NCBI GenBank assembly: GCA_019310485.1 | Contig: JAFDEF010000011.1 | Location: 6,919 to 70,918, forward strand | Length of the DNA: 64,000 bases | Direction: 5' to 3' | Source of the DNA: Deltaproteobacteria bacterium | GTDB taxonomy: Bacteria; Desulfobacterota; DSM-4660; Desulfatiglandales; HGW-15 | Shown: positions 48,049 through 57,233 of the stretch, piece by piece | Layout: every line of letters begins with the position of its first letter | Position numbering within the stretch: position 1 is the stretch's first letter | Program-made: the position numbers and the translations under genes | The notes under the pieces: model-generated | The model's database searches: none | Seen by the model: the letters and a program-made list of their open reading frames with translations, nothing else | What the model was told of the DNA's origin: nothing

Positions 48049-50190
48049 GTGCAAAAGGTGGTAAGGAGTGTTTGTCAGGCATGCCATTGCGAATGTGGTG
48101 TACTGGTTCATGTTCAAGCTGGCAGGGTGAAAAAAATCAAAGGTGATCCTGATCACCCTATGAACAGGGGATTTGTGTGTATAAAGGGTAGGGCGCAGCC
48201 TGAGCTTTTGTATCATCCGGATCGAGTGATATATCCCATGAAACGTGCTGGAGAACGTGGCAGTGGCTTGTGGAAGAGAATTTCCTGGCATGAGGCGCTT
48301 GAAGGAATATCACAAAAGCTCACGGCGCTTAAAGAAAAGTATGGGCCAGAGTCTTTTTGTGCAATTCACGGGACAGGCCCCAGACCTACCCACTACTCCA
48401 CGGCACTGCTCAGTTATGCACTGGGGAGTCCAAACGTGGCGAGCACGGATTTTCACATTTGCTTTGTACCTTCAGTGGTGGCGGGAAAGTGGACAATGGG
48501 GCACTGCATCACACTTGAAAATGGTCCAGACTACCGCAATGCCAATTGTATACTGGTGGTCGGTGGAAACCCTCTTGCATCCCATCCTCCAAGAGGCCTT
48601 GACCTCCTTGAAGCGAAGAAAAACAGAGGAGCTAAGCTGATAGTGGTTGACCCTCATCGCACAGAGATTGCGGAAAGAGCAGATCTGTGGCTAAAAATCC
48701 GGCCGGGAACAGACCTGGCATTAGTCCTGGGGATGATTGGATTTATCATAGAGGATGGTCTTTATGACAAGGAATTTGTCGAAAAATGGTGCTACGGGTT
48801 TGATGCTTTGAGACAGCGCGCCATGGAGTATCCCCTCAACAGGGTAGAGGAAATCTCATGGATCCCTGCTGACATGATTAAAGAGGCAGCCAGAATGTGC
48901 GCTACAATTAAGCCAGCAGTCCTGCATCATCGGGTAGCAGTGGAACACAACATTAATTCGACCCAAACATGCAGGGCACTTGCCATAATGATAGCTCTCA
49001 GTGGAAACATCGATGTTCGTGGGGGGAATGTATTTCCAGTCTCTTTTCCCGGGCACATCCGTTTTGGTCATGTTGCAGGGGAGAGCAGGCGATTCAGACC
49101 TGCCCCGGGGCTGGAAGAAAAACGAGTCGGGGCCAAAGAATACCCACTTATATCCGGCCCAGACGCTGTTTTGCCTTTTGTTGCAGCCCCGCTCATTAAA
49201 AGAGCAATCCTTGAGCGCAAGCCCTATCCGATCAAGAGCATGTTTTCCGCAGGAGGAAACCCTGTTTTAAACATGCAAAATGCGAGAAGTGTGTGGACAG
49301 CTTTAAAAGAGCATCTCGAGTTGTTGGTGGTGGCAGATTTTTTTATGACACCGACTGCTGAATTGGCTGACTATGTTCTTCCGCCTGCTACCTGGATGGA
49401 AAGAGACGAAATTTGTGATGCCCTCTACCCAAACTATATTGCTGCCCGGCAAAGAGCGGTTGAGCCTGTAGGCGAATCCTTTCATGACCTAAGAATTGCT
49501 ATTGAGCTGGCAAAAAGGATCCCCTGGGCGAATCGAAATTACATGCCCTGGGACAGTGTGGGGGAGTTTAACGAAAGCTGCCTCAAGAATAGCGGTCTTA
49601 GCTTCAGAGAGTTGAGATCAATAGGCATCGCAGAAATACCCATGAAATACAGAAAGTACGAGAATGGAGGATTTCACACCCCTACCGGCAAGGTCGAACT
49701 TTACTCTACTATGTTCGAAAAATATGGCTATGATCCCCTGCCTTCGTACAGGGAGCCACCGGAGAGTCCTGTTAGCACTCCAGAGCTATTCGAACAATAC
49801 CCCTACATTCTCTACACGGGAAACAGGCACGTCGAATTCTTTCACTCAGAGGGGAGGCAGATCAAATCCTTAAGGGAGAAAGTTCCTTATCCTTTGATTG
49901 AAATACATCCCCTGACAGCGGCTCGAGAAAACATTCACGGTGGGGAGTGGGTATGGATTGAAACCCCTCAAAGACAAGGGGAAAAAGCCAAGATGAAGGT
50001 GAAGATCACTGACAGGGTTGACCAAAGAATGGTGCATGCCCGGCATGGTTGGTGGTTTCCCGAGAAACCTGGTCCAGAGCACGGGTGTTTTGAGCCAAAC
50101 ATTAACGTAGTAACTACAGATGATCCTCCGCTTGAAGAAATTTGTGCTTCTGCCAGAACCAGGGGCACGCTTTGTAAGATCTACAAGTAG
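48049..50190 (+). CDS. Cytoplasmic Mo/W-bis-MGD oxidoreductase, acetylene-hydratase-like clade
   Basis: N-terminal CQACHCEC...CIKG [4Fe-4S] motif, VDP, RPGTD, GNID..GG, TPTAELADYVLP, TPTGKVEL, HGWWFPE; no Tat signal. Confidence 0.85.
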   Translation: MQKVVRSVCQACHCECGVLVHVQAGRVKKIKGDPDHPMNRGFVCIKGRAQPELLYHPDRVIYPMKRAGERGSGLWKRISWHEALEGISQKLTALKEKYGPESFCAIHGTGPRPTHYSTALLSYALGSPNVASTDFHICFVPSVVAGKWTMGHCITLENGPDYRNANCILVVGGNPLASHPPRGLDLLEAKKNRGAKLIVVDPHRTEIAERADLWLKIRPGTDLALVLGMIGFIIEDGLYDKEFVEKWCYGFDALRQRAMEYPLNRVEEISWIPADMIKEAARMCATIKPAVLHHRVAVEHNINSTQTCRALAIMIALSGNIDVRGGNVFPVSFPGHIRFGHVAGESRRFRPAPGLEEKRVGAKEYPLISGPDAVLPFVAAPLIKRAILERKPYPIKSMFSAGGNPVLNMQNARSVWTALKEHLELLVVADFFMTPTAELADYVLPPATWMERDEICDALYPNYIAARQRAVEPVGESFHDLRIAIELAKRIPWANRNYMPWDSVGEFNESCLKNSGLSFRELRSIGIAEIPMKYRKYENGGFHTPTGKVELYSTMFEKYGYDPLPSYREPPESPVSTPELFEQYPYILYTGNRHVEFFHSEGRQIKSLREKVPYPLIEIHPLTAARENIHGGEWVWIETPQRQGEKAKMKVKITDRVDQRMVHARHGWWFPEKPGPEHGCFEPNINVVTTDDPPLEEICASARTRGTLCKIYK

Positions 50191-50199
50191 TCGAACAGC

Positions 50200-50228
50200 T
50201 TGACATTAGAACGGTCGCTACTTATGAT
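50200..50228 (+). promoter_or_regulatory. Sigma70 promoter
   Basis: TTGACA-17 bp-TATGAT upstream of the Zn dehydrogenase. Confidence 0.65.
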
Positions 50229-50290
50229 CGTGGCTTTAAAGAACGCTCGCGCATATTGCGCTTTTTTTATTAAAGAAGGAGGTTTTGAAA

Positions 50291-51364
50291 ATGGAAATAC
50301 CTGAAAAGATGAAGGCAGTGGTTTTGATGGGGCCAAACAAGCTCGAAATTAAAGAAGTTGATACACCCAGGACCGGACCGCAGGATGTTTTAATCAAGGT
50401 TCAGGCTACGGCTGTTTGTTCGAGCGATGTCAGCCTGATTGCCAAGCCGTGGGAAGCGCAGCCCCCTTATGGATCATTTATTATCGGGCATGAGTACGCG
50501 GGCATCGTGGCTGCTGTTGGAGACACTGTGGATGAATTCTCGGTGGGAGACAGGGTGGCTGTTGAAGCAAGCTATGGCTGCGGGCGCTGCAGGAATTGCA
50601 GGCTTGGAAATTATACTGCGTGTCTTAATTATGGAAACCTGAAACGAGGACACCGGGCCAACGGATTCACCACTAACGGCGGTTTTGCTCAATATGCATT
50701 GAACCAGCTAAACACGGTGTACAAAATCCCTGACTCAATCGAATTTGATGAAGCTGCCCTGATTACCAACCTGGGATGCGTTCTTTACGGATTTCAGACT
50801 ACCGGCGGGTACATTGTGGGCGATGATGTCGCGATCATAGGACCAGGCCCTCTGGGCCTAATATCGGCCAGCGTGGCCCGGGCACTGTGTGCGGAAAGGA
50901 TTTTTTTGATCGGCACCAGAAGCAGCCGCCTTGAAACAGGCAAATCCATCGGTGCAGACCGTATTATTAACGTGCATGATGAAGATCCTGTAAAAGTGGT
51001 TCGAGAGGAGACTGGTGGAAAAGGAGCTGATCTTGTCATTGAATCCTCGGGCGCGCCCACAGGCATTCAAACTGCGGTTGAAATGTGCAAGCGCATGGGG
51101 AAGGTTTTGCTTCTCGGGTATCCCGAGGAGCCTGCCTCTTTGAACTTTGCCATGATGGGGATGCGTAACATACATATTTTTTCAGTTCGAGGAGAAGGGT
51201 GGGCTAATTGCGCACGTGGTATATCCTTACTTTCCCAGGGTAAAGTTACACTAAAGCCGCTTGCCACCCACTCATTCCCGCTGGACCAGGTCGAAGAAGC
51301 TTTTAGAACATTTACCGAGAGGATTGGGGGAGCCATCAAGGTAATTGTGCACCCCAATGAATAG
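50291..51364 (+). CDS. Zinc-dependent (MDR) alcohol dehydrogenase, paralogue C
   Basis: CSSD, GHE; long stretches near-identical to 4833-5903 (EAALITNLGCVLYGFQT.GGY, VRGEGWAN, ERIGGA.KV). Confidence 0.9.
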   Translation: MEIPEKMKAVVLMGPNKLEIKEVDTPRTGPQDVLIKVQATAVCSSDVSLIAKPWEAQPPYGSFIIGHEYAGIVAAVGDTVDEFSVGDRVAVEASYGCGRCRNCRLGNYTACLNYGNLKRGHRANGFTTNGGFAQYALNQLNTVYKIPDSIEFDEAALITNLGCVLYGFQTTGGYIVGDDVAIIGPGPLGLISASVARALCAERIFLIGTRSSRLETGKSIGADRIINVHDEDPVKVVREETGGKGADLVIESSGAPTGIQTAVEMCKRMGKVLLLGYPEEPASLNFAMMGMRNIHIFSVRGEGWANCARGISLLSQGKVTLKPLATHSFPLDQVEEAFRTFTERIGGAIKVIVHPNE

Positions 51365-51376
51365 GAGGGTCCCTGC

Positions 51377-51775
51377 ATGAAGTATATTCTCAAGATGGAA
51401 GACGGTCGCGTTGAGCCGATAAAGGACCTGATGAAATCAGAGGATGAATTTGCACTTCGCCGCATTTTTGTTGATGCCCAAATGGGCGGTGCAAAGAACC
51501 TGACTTTCGGCTACGCCCGATTTGAGCCAAGGACCTCATATCACAAGAAACATTTTCACCCCCATGCAGAAGAAGTATTTTACATACTGAGTGGTAAAGG
51601 AATTGGGGGTATTGGAACAAGCGGAAAGGAAGTTGAAATAGTCAAGGGCGACACGGTCTGGGTTCCGCGAGGGGCCGTTCACTGGCTTTACAATCCTTTT
51701 GACGAGGTGTGCGAAATTCTCTTTGTGTACTCTTCCCCTTCTTTGTCCGCTGCAGGTTATGAGATCATTGAGTAA
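51377..51775 (+). CDS. Cupin domain protein
   Basis: KHFHPHAEEVFYILSG...GDTVWVPRGAVH. Confidence 0.88.
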   Translation: MKYILKMEDGRVEPIKDLMKSEDEFALRRIFVDAQMGGAKNLTFGYARFEPRTSYHKKHFHPHAEEVFYILSGKGIGGIGTSGKEVEIVKGDTVWVPRGAVHWLYNPFDEVCEILFVYSSPSLSAAGYEIIE

Positions 51776-51827
51776 CACAGGGTGGAGTTTTCACCTTCCC
51801 AGGATAAGCAGCCGCCGGGTCATAACG

Positions 51828-52979
51828 GTGCCTACCTTTGCCTCGCTAGGCATGATGGGGGTTTTTCATGCTTTCTGGGGCACGGCCCTTCCAGCTTTAC
51901 GGCTTTTCCTCGATATCAATATTGAGAAAGCAGCAATCTTGACCGCCTATACCCAGGCCGGACAGGCCGCAGCGTGCGTGCTTGGAGGGGTGTTGTGTGA
52001 TTTATTTCGCCGCGACAGGGTTCTTTTCCTTGGGTGCCTCTTGCTTGGTACAGGCGCTCTTTTTCTGGGAGGGATCCGCTCCTTTGAGATTACACTTTTT
52101 GTGGCACTGGGTATGGGTTTCGGCTGCGGGCTGATCCTGAGCAGCTCCAATGCCCTTTTGGTAGGGCTTTATCCAAATCGGAAAGGACCAATCCTCAATA
52201 TTCATCACAGTGTGTACGGCGCTGTATCACTGTTTAGCCCTCTTGTCATGGGCTACTTGATTAGCTCAGGGCATGGCTGGACACAGGGGTACAGGGGCCT
52301 TGGCTGGATTCTGATCGTAACCTGCTCTTTTTTCCTTTTAACCGACGCGCCTCTACCCTCTGAAAGCACGAACAGAACTTTTTTCAAGGACCTGGGAGGT
52401 CTTTTCAGAAAAGGAGAATTTATTTTCCTTTTGCTGATTGCGGCCATGTCAATCGGAACCCAGATCGCCATAATGTTTTTGTCCGTTACCTTCCTCAGCG
52501 AGGTTAAAGGCTTGAGCATTATAGAGGCGAGCGCAGTGCTGTCTGGTTTTTTTATTTTCCTGCTTGCGGGGCGCTTGATGTGTAGCTGGCTTGCTTTGCG
52601 AACTCAGGTTTCAAAGATAATCTTCGGACTGGTTATCCTGCAGCTCTGCAGCTTGATCGTTGCGTGGCAAGGAAGAGGGTGGTTTTCTGCCGGCGCGATA
52701 GTGGTGAGCGGTCTGGCATGTTCAGGAATATTTCCTGGCCTGCTTGCATTGACAGGGACTCTTTATTTTGACATGGCCGGCAGCTCGCTGGGGATTCTTG
52801 CTTCCATGAACTGGATTGGTGGAATGCTTATTGTCTGGATTTCAGGGATAGTTTCGCAGAGAATGGGTTTAGAATTTGGTTTTGTTGCAATAGTAGGATC
52901 TTCTCTTGTCGGTGTAGCTTTGTTCCTTTCCAGGTACAGGGTCTTTGTGAGGGAAGAAAAGAAGCTGGCCCTACTTTAA
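51828..52979 (+). CDS. MFS transporter (FucP/TsgA-like)
   Basis: About 12 hydrophobic segments, GVLCDLFRR motif-A-like loop, SGIFP. Start codon uncertain. Confidence 0.8.
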   Translation: MPTFASLGMMGVFHAFWGTALPALRLFLDINIEKAAILTAYTQAGQAAACVLGGVLCDLFRRDRVLFLGCLLLGTGALFLGGIRSFEITLFVALGMGFGCGLILSSSNALLVGLYPNRKGPILNIHHSVYGAVSLFSPLVMGYLISSGHGWTQGYRGLGWILIVTCSFFLLTDAPLPSESTNRTFFKDLGGLFRKGEFIFLLLIAAMSIGTQIAIMFLSVTFLSEVKGLSIIEASAVLSGFFIFLLAGRLMCSWLALRTQVSKIIFGLVILQLCSLIVAWQGRGWFSAGAIVVSGLACSGIFPGLLALTGTLYFDMAGSSLGILASMNWIGGMLIVWISGIVSQRMGLEFGFVAIVGSSLVGVALFLSRYRVFVREEKKLALL

Positions 52980-53057
52980 ATGGTTATCTTGAAATAAAAT
53001 ACTGTCAAAAAGAGCCGCCGGGCTTTATAGTTTGAACATTACTCAAGGGAGGAAGAG

Positions 53058-53951
53058 ATGGAGAAAAAGGATATTGGCTGGATCGGGCTGGGAAAAATGG
53101 GGAATCCCATGTCAAGAAATCTTCTTAAGGCAGGATACTCCTTGAGCGTTTATGACATTCAAGAAGGGGCCGTCAAAAAATTGGCCGAGCGGGGCGCCAC
53201 GGTTGCCGAGTCAGCGGTTGCGGTAGCAAGGGGAGCCAAGGTCACGATTTCGATGATCCCTGATGACAAAGCTTTAGAAGATGTGGCACTTGGTGAAAAC
53301 GGGGTTTTAGCCGGCGCAGCACCAGGATCTATTTACATTGACATGAGCACGGTTTCTCCTGCTTTATCGAGTCGCGTTGCTGAGGCAGCAGCCGGTAAAC
53401 ATATAAAGTATCTTCGCGCTCCTGTCTCCGGAAGTACTGAGTCTGCGGGCGCAGGAGCCTTGACTATCCTCGCCTCCGGCCCGAGGGAGGCTTTTGAGGA
53501 GTGCAAGGATATTTTCAAGGTGATGGGTCAAAAGGTTTTTTACACCGGTGAGGGTGACGAAGCACGTTACTTGAAACTTCTCATAAACATAATGGTTGGA
53601 ATCACCTCTGCCATGACAGCAGAGGCCCTGGTCCTTGGAAAGAAAGGGGGCCTTGATTGGGAAAAGATGATAGACATCATAAACGGCAGTGTTGTGACCT
53701 CACCACTTATAGGTTTCAAGGTCCAGTTGCTGAAGGAGCAGAAATTTACTCCTGCTTTTACCGTTGACCAGATGACAAAAGACTTTGACCTTGCGCTTGA
53801 AACCGGAAGGGCGCTTAATATTCCTTTGCTGCTCACATCCCTGACCCGGGAACTTTATGGGATAATGAAAGCAACGGGCAGAGGGGGTTTTGATTATTTC
53901 GGACTTGCCGCTCTAGCAAAAGAAATGGCTGGATTGAATACCGGCACCTAA
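53058..53951 (+). CDS. Beta-hydroxyacid dehydrogenase family protein
   Basis: GLGKMG, DMSTVSP, APVSG, KLLIN, KD. Confidence 0.88.
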   Translation: MEKKDIGWIGLGKMGNPMSRNLLKAGYSLSVYDIQEGAVKKLAERGATVAESAVAVARGAKVTISMIPDDKALEDVALGENGVLAGAAPGSIYIDMSTVSPALSSRVAEAAAGKHIKYLRAPVSGSTESAGAGALTILASGPREAFEECKDIFKVMGQKVFYTGEGDEARYLKLLINIMVGITSAMTAEALVLGKKGGLDWEKMIDIINGSVVTSPLIGFKVQLLKEQKFTPAFTVDQMTKDFDLALETGRALNIPLLLTSLTRELYGIMKATGRGGFDYFGLAALAKEMAGLNTGT

Positions 53952-54156
53952 CCGTTGTACTTGTAACAAAACACACCTCATCTAACGGTGGACCCGGATA
54001 GGTTCTAGAGATTCCGGGACTAGAAGAGCAGTTAGAGTAACAAATTTTGGCGGGGGAGGGAGGCTGCTGCCTTGGTTGACAATCTGCCACCTTAACCCCT
54101 AAAATGCTTTAAATTCCCTGTGGGAATTTTTCTGGAAGAATATGAGGAGAAGCCTA

Positions 54157-55128
54157 ATGGCAAAAGAAAAACAAAAGAGAGGTTTGTTCGGTTGGCTTAA
54201 AAAGGGCCCTTGGATTCTCACCCTGGCTGCAATAGTAGCATTATTAGTTTTTGTGGTCTCGGTTATGATCATTAACTCAAGGAAGCCCCAGTACCACGAT
54301 GTCAGGAGCCTTGGCGAAAGCATCAGAGGGGGCTACTTTGTCAGGATAAATCAGATCCTTATAAAAGAAATGGCGGATAACTGGCTTCCCAATGACATCT
54401 TCTGGCCAACAGTTTTTCTGGACAACATGCCTAATTTCCAAATTGGCGAATTGGAAGTAGTCAGGTACAATATCAGGGTGTTGAGAGATAACCTTTCCCG
54501 TATGCGAACAACGGATAAACTTGATGCAGACGTTGACAAGGCTTTTACATCTCTTTCCAATGATCCCTACAAATGGTGGTTTCCTTCAGCCGAGAGTAAA
54601 TGGAAAGAGGCCAATAAGCATCTCGATGCCTATTACAGAAACCTGCGTGCCGGAAAATCTCATTTTTACCCCAGAGCTGATAACCTGATCCAGCTTCTAG
54701 GCCAGTATGCCTCCCTGATGGGAGGGGTAAACACAAGGCTTATCAATGCTCCCCGCGACATAAAGGAAGCTCTTCCGGTTGAACAGGGTCAAGAGAAGAC
54801 AACCTCACCTGAAAAACCGGTGGATGTAAATATACCATGGTACAAGGTGGATGATAATTTTTACTATGCCCAGGGTGTGGCATACGCCCTCCACGAGTCC
54901 TTGCAGGCAATTCGGCTGGATTTTCTGGCAGTTTTAACAGACAAGAACTCTTTGGGCCTTGTAGATAAGATTTTGGAAGATCTTAGCCGGTGCAACTTTG
55001 AGCCTCTGATTGTTTTTAACGGGCACCCGGGTAGTATTTTTGCCAACCACTCCCTGAACCTGTCCGGAATATTCAATGATGCGAGACAAAAGATAAATTC
55101 CCTGATTACAGCCCTGGCACAGGGTTAG
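54157..55128 (+). CDS. DUF2333 family membrane-anchored protein
   Basis: N-terminal TM segment, WLPND, LDNMPNFQIG, WWFPSAE, RADNL, DDNFYYAQG, ANHS. Confidence 0.8.
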   Translation: MAKEKQKRGLFGWLKKGPWILTLAAIVALLVFVVSVMIINSRKPQYHDVRSLGESIRGGYFVRINQILIKEMADNWLPNDIFWPTVFLDNMPNFQIGELEVVRYNIRVLRDNLSRMRTTDKLDADVDKAFTSLSNDPYKWWFPSAESKWKEANKHLDAYYRNLRAGKSHFYPRADNLIQLLGQYASLMGGVNTRLINAPRDIKEALPVEQGQEKTTSPEKPVDVNIPWYKVDDNFYYAQGVAYALHESLQAIRLDFLAVLTDKNSLGLVDKILEDLSRCNFEPLIVFNGHPGSIFANHSLNLSGIFNDARQKINSLITALAQG

Positions 55129-55139
55129 ATCATTTTTCA

Positions 55140-55481
55140 ATGCACGAGATGACCATAGCTCAGAATCTTATACAAATTCTCAGGGAAGAGATGGGCAGAC
55201 ACGGGGCAAGGTCCCTTAAATCGGTTCACCTAGATATTGGCCAGATGTCTGCTGTCGTGCCTGAGGCGCTTTCTTTTTGTTTTGAAGTGGCCACCTCCGG
55301 CACTGATATGGAAGGGGCCAGGCTGGTTATGAATGTGGTTCCCCTCAAGGGCTACTGTCCACAATGCAAGAAGGAATTCGAGATAAAAGGTTACACTTTT
55401 ATCTGCCCTTCTTGTGGCAGTACTGAAATCAAAACCATTGGAGGTCGCGAACTTTCCGTTGTCGAAATAGAAGTGGACTAG
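55140..55481 (+). CDS. hypA: Hydrogenase maturation nickel metallochaperone HypA
   Basis: MHE N-terminus, CPQC...CPSC, GREL. Confidence 0.93.
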   Translation: MHEMTIAQNLIQILREEMGRHGARSLKSVHLDIGQMSAVVPEALSFCFEVATSGTDMEGARLVMNVVPLKGYCPQCKKEFEIKGYTFICPSCGSTEIKTIGGRELSVVEIEVD

Positions 55482-55655
55482 GAGGCTGTCGGAAAACGCC
55501 CATCTGCCATTCGACAGGCTCATGGCCCTGAGCATAGCCGAAGGGCTGCGTTATCCTGACCCTTCGTCGTGGCGGCGTACTTCCAGGTGCGCCTCATTGC
55601 TCAGGGTTTCGTCCCGCTGCAAACAGCGCGATGAGGATTTTCAAAAAGCCTCCTA
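55479..55655. mobile_element. Small inverted-repeat element (MITE-like) with nested REP-like palindrome
   Basis: Termini TAGGAGGCTGTCGGAAAA / TTTTCAAAAAGCCTCCTA; internal TTCGACAGGCTCA...TGAGCATAGCCGAA (about 55507-55545) and GGCGTAC...GTGCGCC hairpins. Confidence 0.6.
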
Positions 55656-55818
55656 TGAATCCAGTTGGGCGACAGGCTACTAAGGATTTCCCCCCTGTAC
55701 CTCTAGGGCAGGTGCTTGTTGGAGGATTTGTGAGTCACCAAAAAGGAGAAAATTTTCTGCTTAAGGTGTCAACTCCCTTCATTTGTTTTTCGGGATAATG
55801 GCAGGAGGTGGGTTTTTC

Positions 55819-56481
55819 ATGAAAGTTCCGGTTATAAGAAACATCCTGGAAGCAAATGATCGTATAGCAGAACAGAACAGAGAGCTTTTCAAGAAAAGTG
55901 GTGTTTTTGTAATCAACCTGATGGGGTCTCCAGGCGCCGGCAAAACCAGCCTGCTTGAAAGAACCATTGATGCATTAAAGGAGGAGTTGAGGATAGGAAT
56001 TATTGAGGGCGATATTCAGTCCTCAAGGGATGCTGAACGGCTTGCCCGGAAAGGGGTTCCTGCGGTGCAGATCAACACCGGTGGAGCATGTCACCTGGAC
56101 GGAAACATGATCAGGGGAGCCTTGCCCGAACTTGATTTCAGCAAAATTGACCTACTGGTGGTCGAAAATGTCGGGAACCTGGTGTGCCCTGCGGAGTTCA
56201 AAGTGGGAGAAGATGTCAAAACCATGATCCTCAGCATTACAGAAGGAGACGACAAGCCTGCCAAGTACCCGCTGATGTTTCGTGAATCGAGGGTGCTACT
56301 GGTAAACAAGGTTGATCTTCTTCCATACCTAGATTCGGACCTCGAAACACTCAAGCAGAATTCACTCAGAATCAATCCCTCTCTTGAGATATTTGAGATA
56401 TCGTGCAAAACAGGGGAAGGGCTCGAACACTGGTACACCTGGCTACGGAATGCCACAGGGGCGAGTAAAAAAGAGCCTTAG
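55819..56481 (+). CDS. hypB: Hydrogenase nickel incorporation GTPase HypB
   Basis: GSPGAGKT, EGD, CHLD, ENVGNLVCPA, EGDDKP.KYP, NKVD. Confidence 0.93.
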   Translation: MKVPVIRNILEANDRIAEQNRELFKKSGVFVINLMGSPGAGKTSLLERTIDALKEELRIGIIEGDIQSSRDAERLARKGVPAVQINTGGACHLDGNMIRGALPELDFSKIDLLVVENVGNLVCPAEFKVGEDVKTMILSITEGDDKPAKYPLMFRESRVLLVNKVDLLPYLDSDLETLKQNSLRINPSLEIFEISCKTGEGLEHWYTWLRNATGASKKEP

Positions 56482-56541
56482 CCGGAGAGAGGCGGCCCAG
56501 GTCGAGCAAGCGGGGGCTTTTGGAGCGATTTGAGAGATTAA

Positions 56542-57216
56542 ATGTTTGAACCTCTGAAGCTGGAGTATTTGTCAAAAAAAAAGACCGAAGTTCTCAGAGA
56601 ACCTTCTTCGACAAGGCCTGCCATATGGGTAGCGGAAGATGACAATGCAAAGGCTGTTGTAAAAGACTATAGCGTAAACAAGTTGCTCTACAGAAACCTT
56701 GTTGGTCGTCTCCTGATTTGGCGTGAAAAAAAAGCTTACAGGAGGCTCCGGGGGCTTGAGGGGGTTCCAAATTTTTTTGGTGTGGCTGATGGCCTGGCCC
56801 TGGTGATTGAAAAAGTGCCGGGCCAAAGTTTTGAGGGGCTTGAAAAAGAGTTAAAGCTTCCGAAATCATTTTTTGATGATCTCAGGATCCTTGTAAAGAA
56901 AATTCATGACCGGGGCGTGGCTCATTGTGATCTAAAAAGAGCGCCCAATATTTTACTGGGAGATGACGGCAAGCCGTATATCATTGATTGGTCTGCGGCC
57001 ATTTTGGAAAGAGAGTGCCGCTTTTTTCCTTTGAACCTGGTTTACAAGAGATTCTTAAAAGATGACTTTAACGCGACCATAAAGGCGCAACTGAGACATT
57101 GTCCCGAGGCTCTAACAGAGGAACAGAAAAGGGCTTATTTTAGGCGAAACCGCCTTGAAAGGCTTATAAGAAGAGTAAGAGATCTGCTAAGAGAATTCTT
57201 GCAAAAGATTGCTTAA
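56542..57216 (+). CDS. RIO/Kdo-like atypical kinase domain protein
   Basis: VVKD, RE, HDRGVAHCDL...NILL...IIDW. Confidence 0.75.
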   Translation: MFEPLKLEYLSKKKTEVLREPSSTRPAIWVAEDDNAKAVVKDYSVNKLLYRNLVGRLLIWREKKAYRRLRGLEGVPNFFGVADGLALVIEKVPGQSFEGLEKELKLPKSFFDDLRILVKKIHDRGVAHCDLKRAPNILLGDDGKPYIIDWSAAILERECRFFPLNLVYKRFLKDDFNATIKAQLRHCPEALTEEQKRAYFRRNRLERLIRRVRDLLREFLQKIA

Positions 57217-57233
57217 ACTCTAGCGCTACTGAC

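Noticed and set aside
48049-50190. Calling the bis-MGD enzyme acetylene hydratase, formate dehydrogenase or nitrate reductase
   Set aside because: Asp13 is replaced by His, and I see no FDH or Nap active-site motifs or partner subunits
1705-53951. Assigning the island to a known sulfoglycolysis or sulfonate pathway
   Set aside because: Family overlap only; no sulfoquinovosidase, SQ isomerase or desulfonating enzyme is recognisable, so it is kept as a hypothesis
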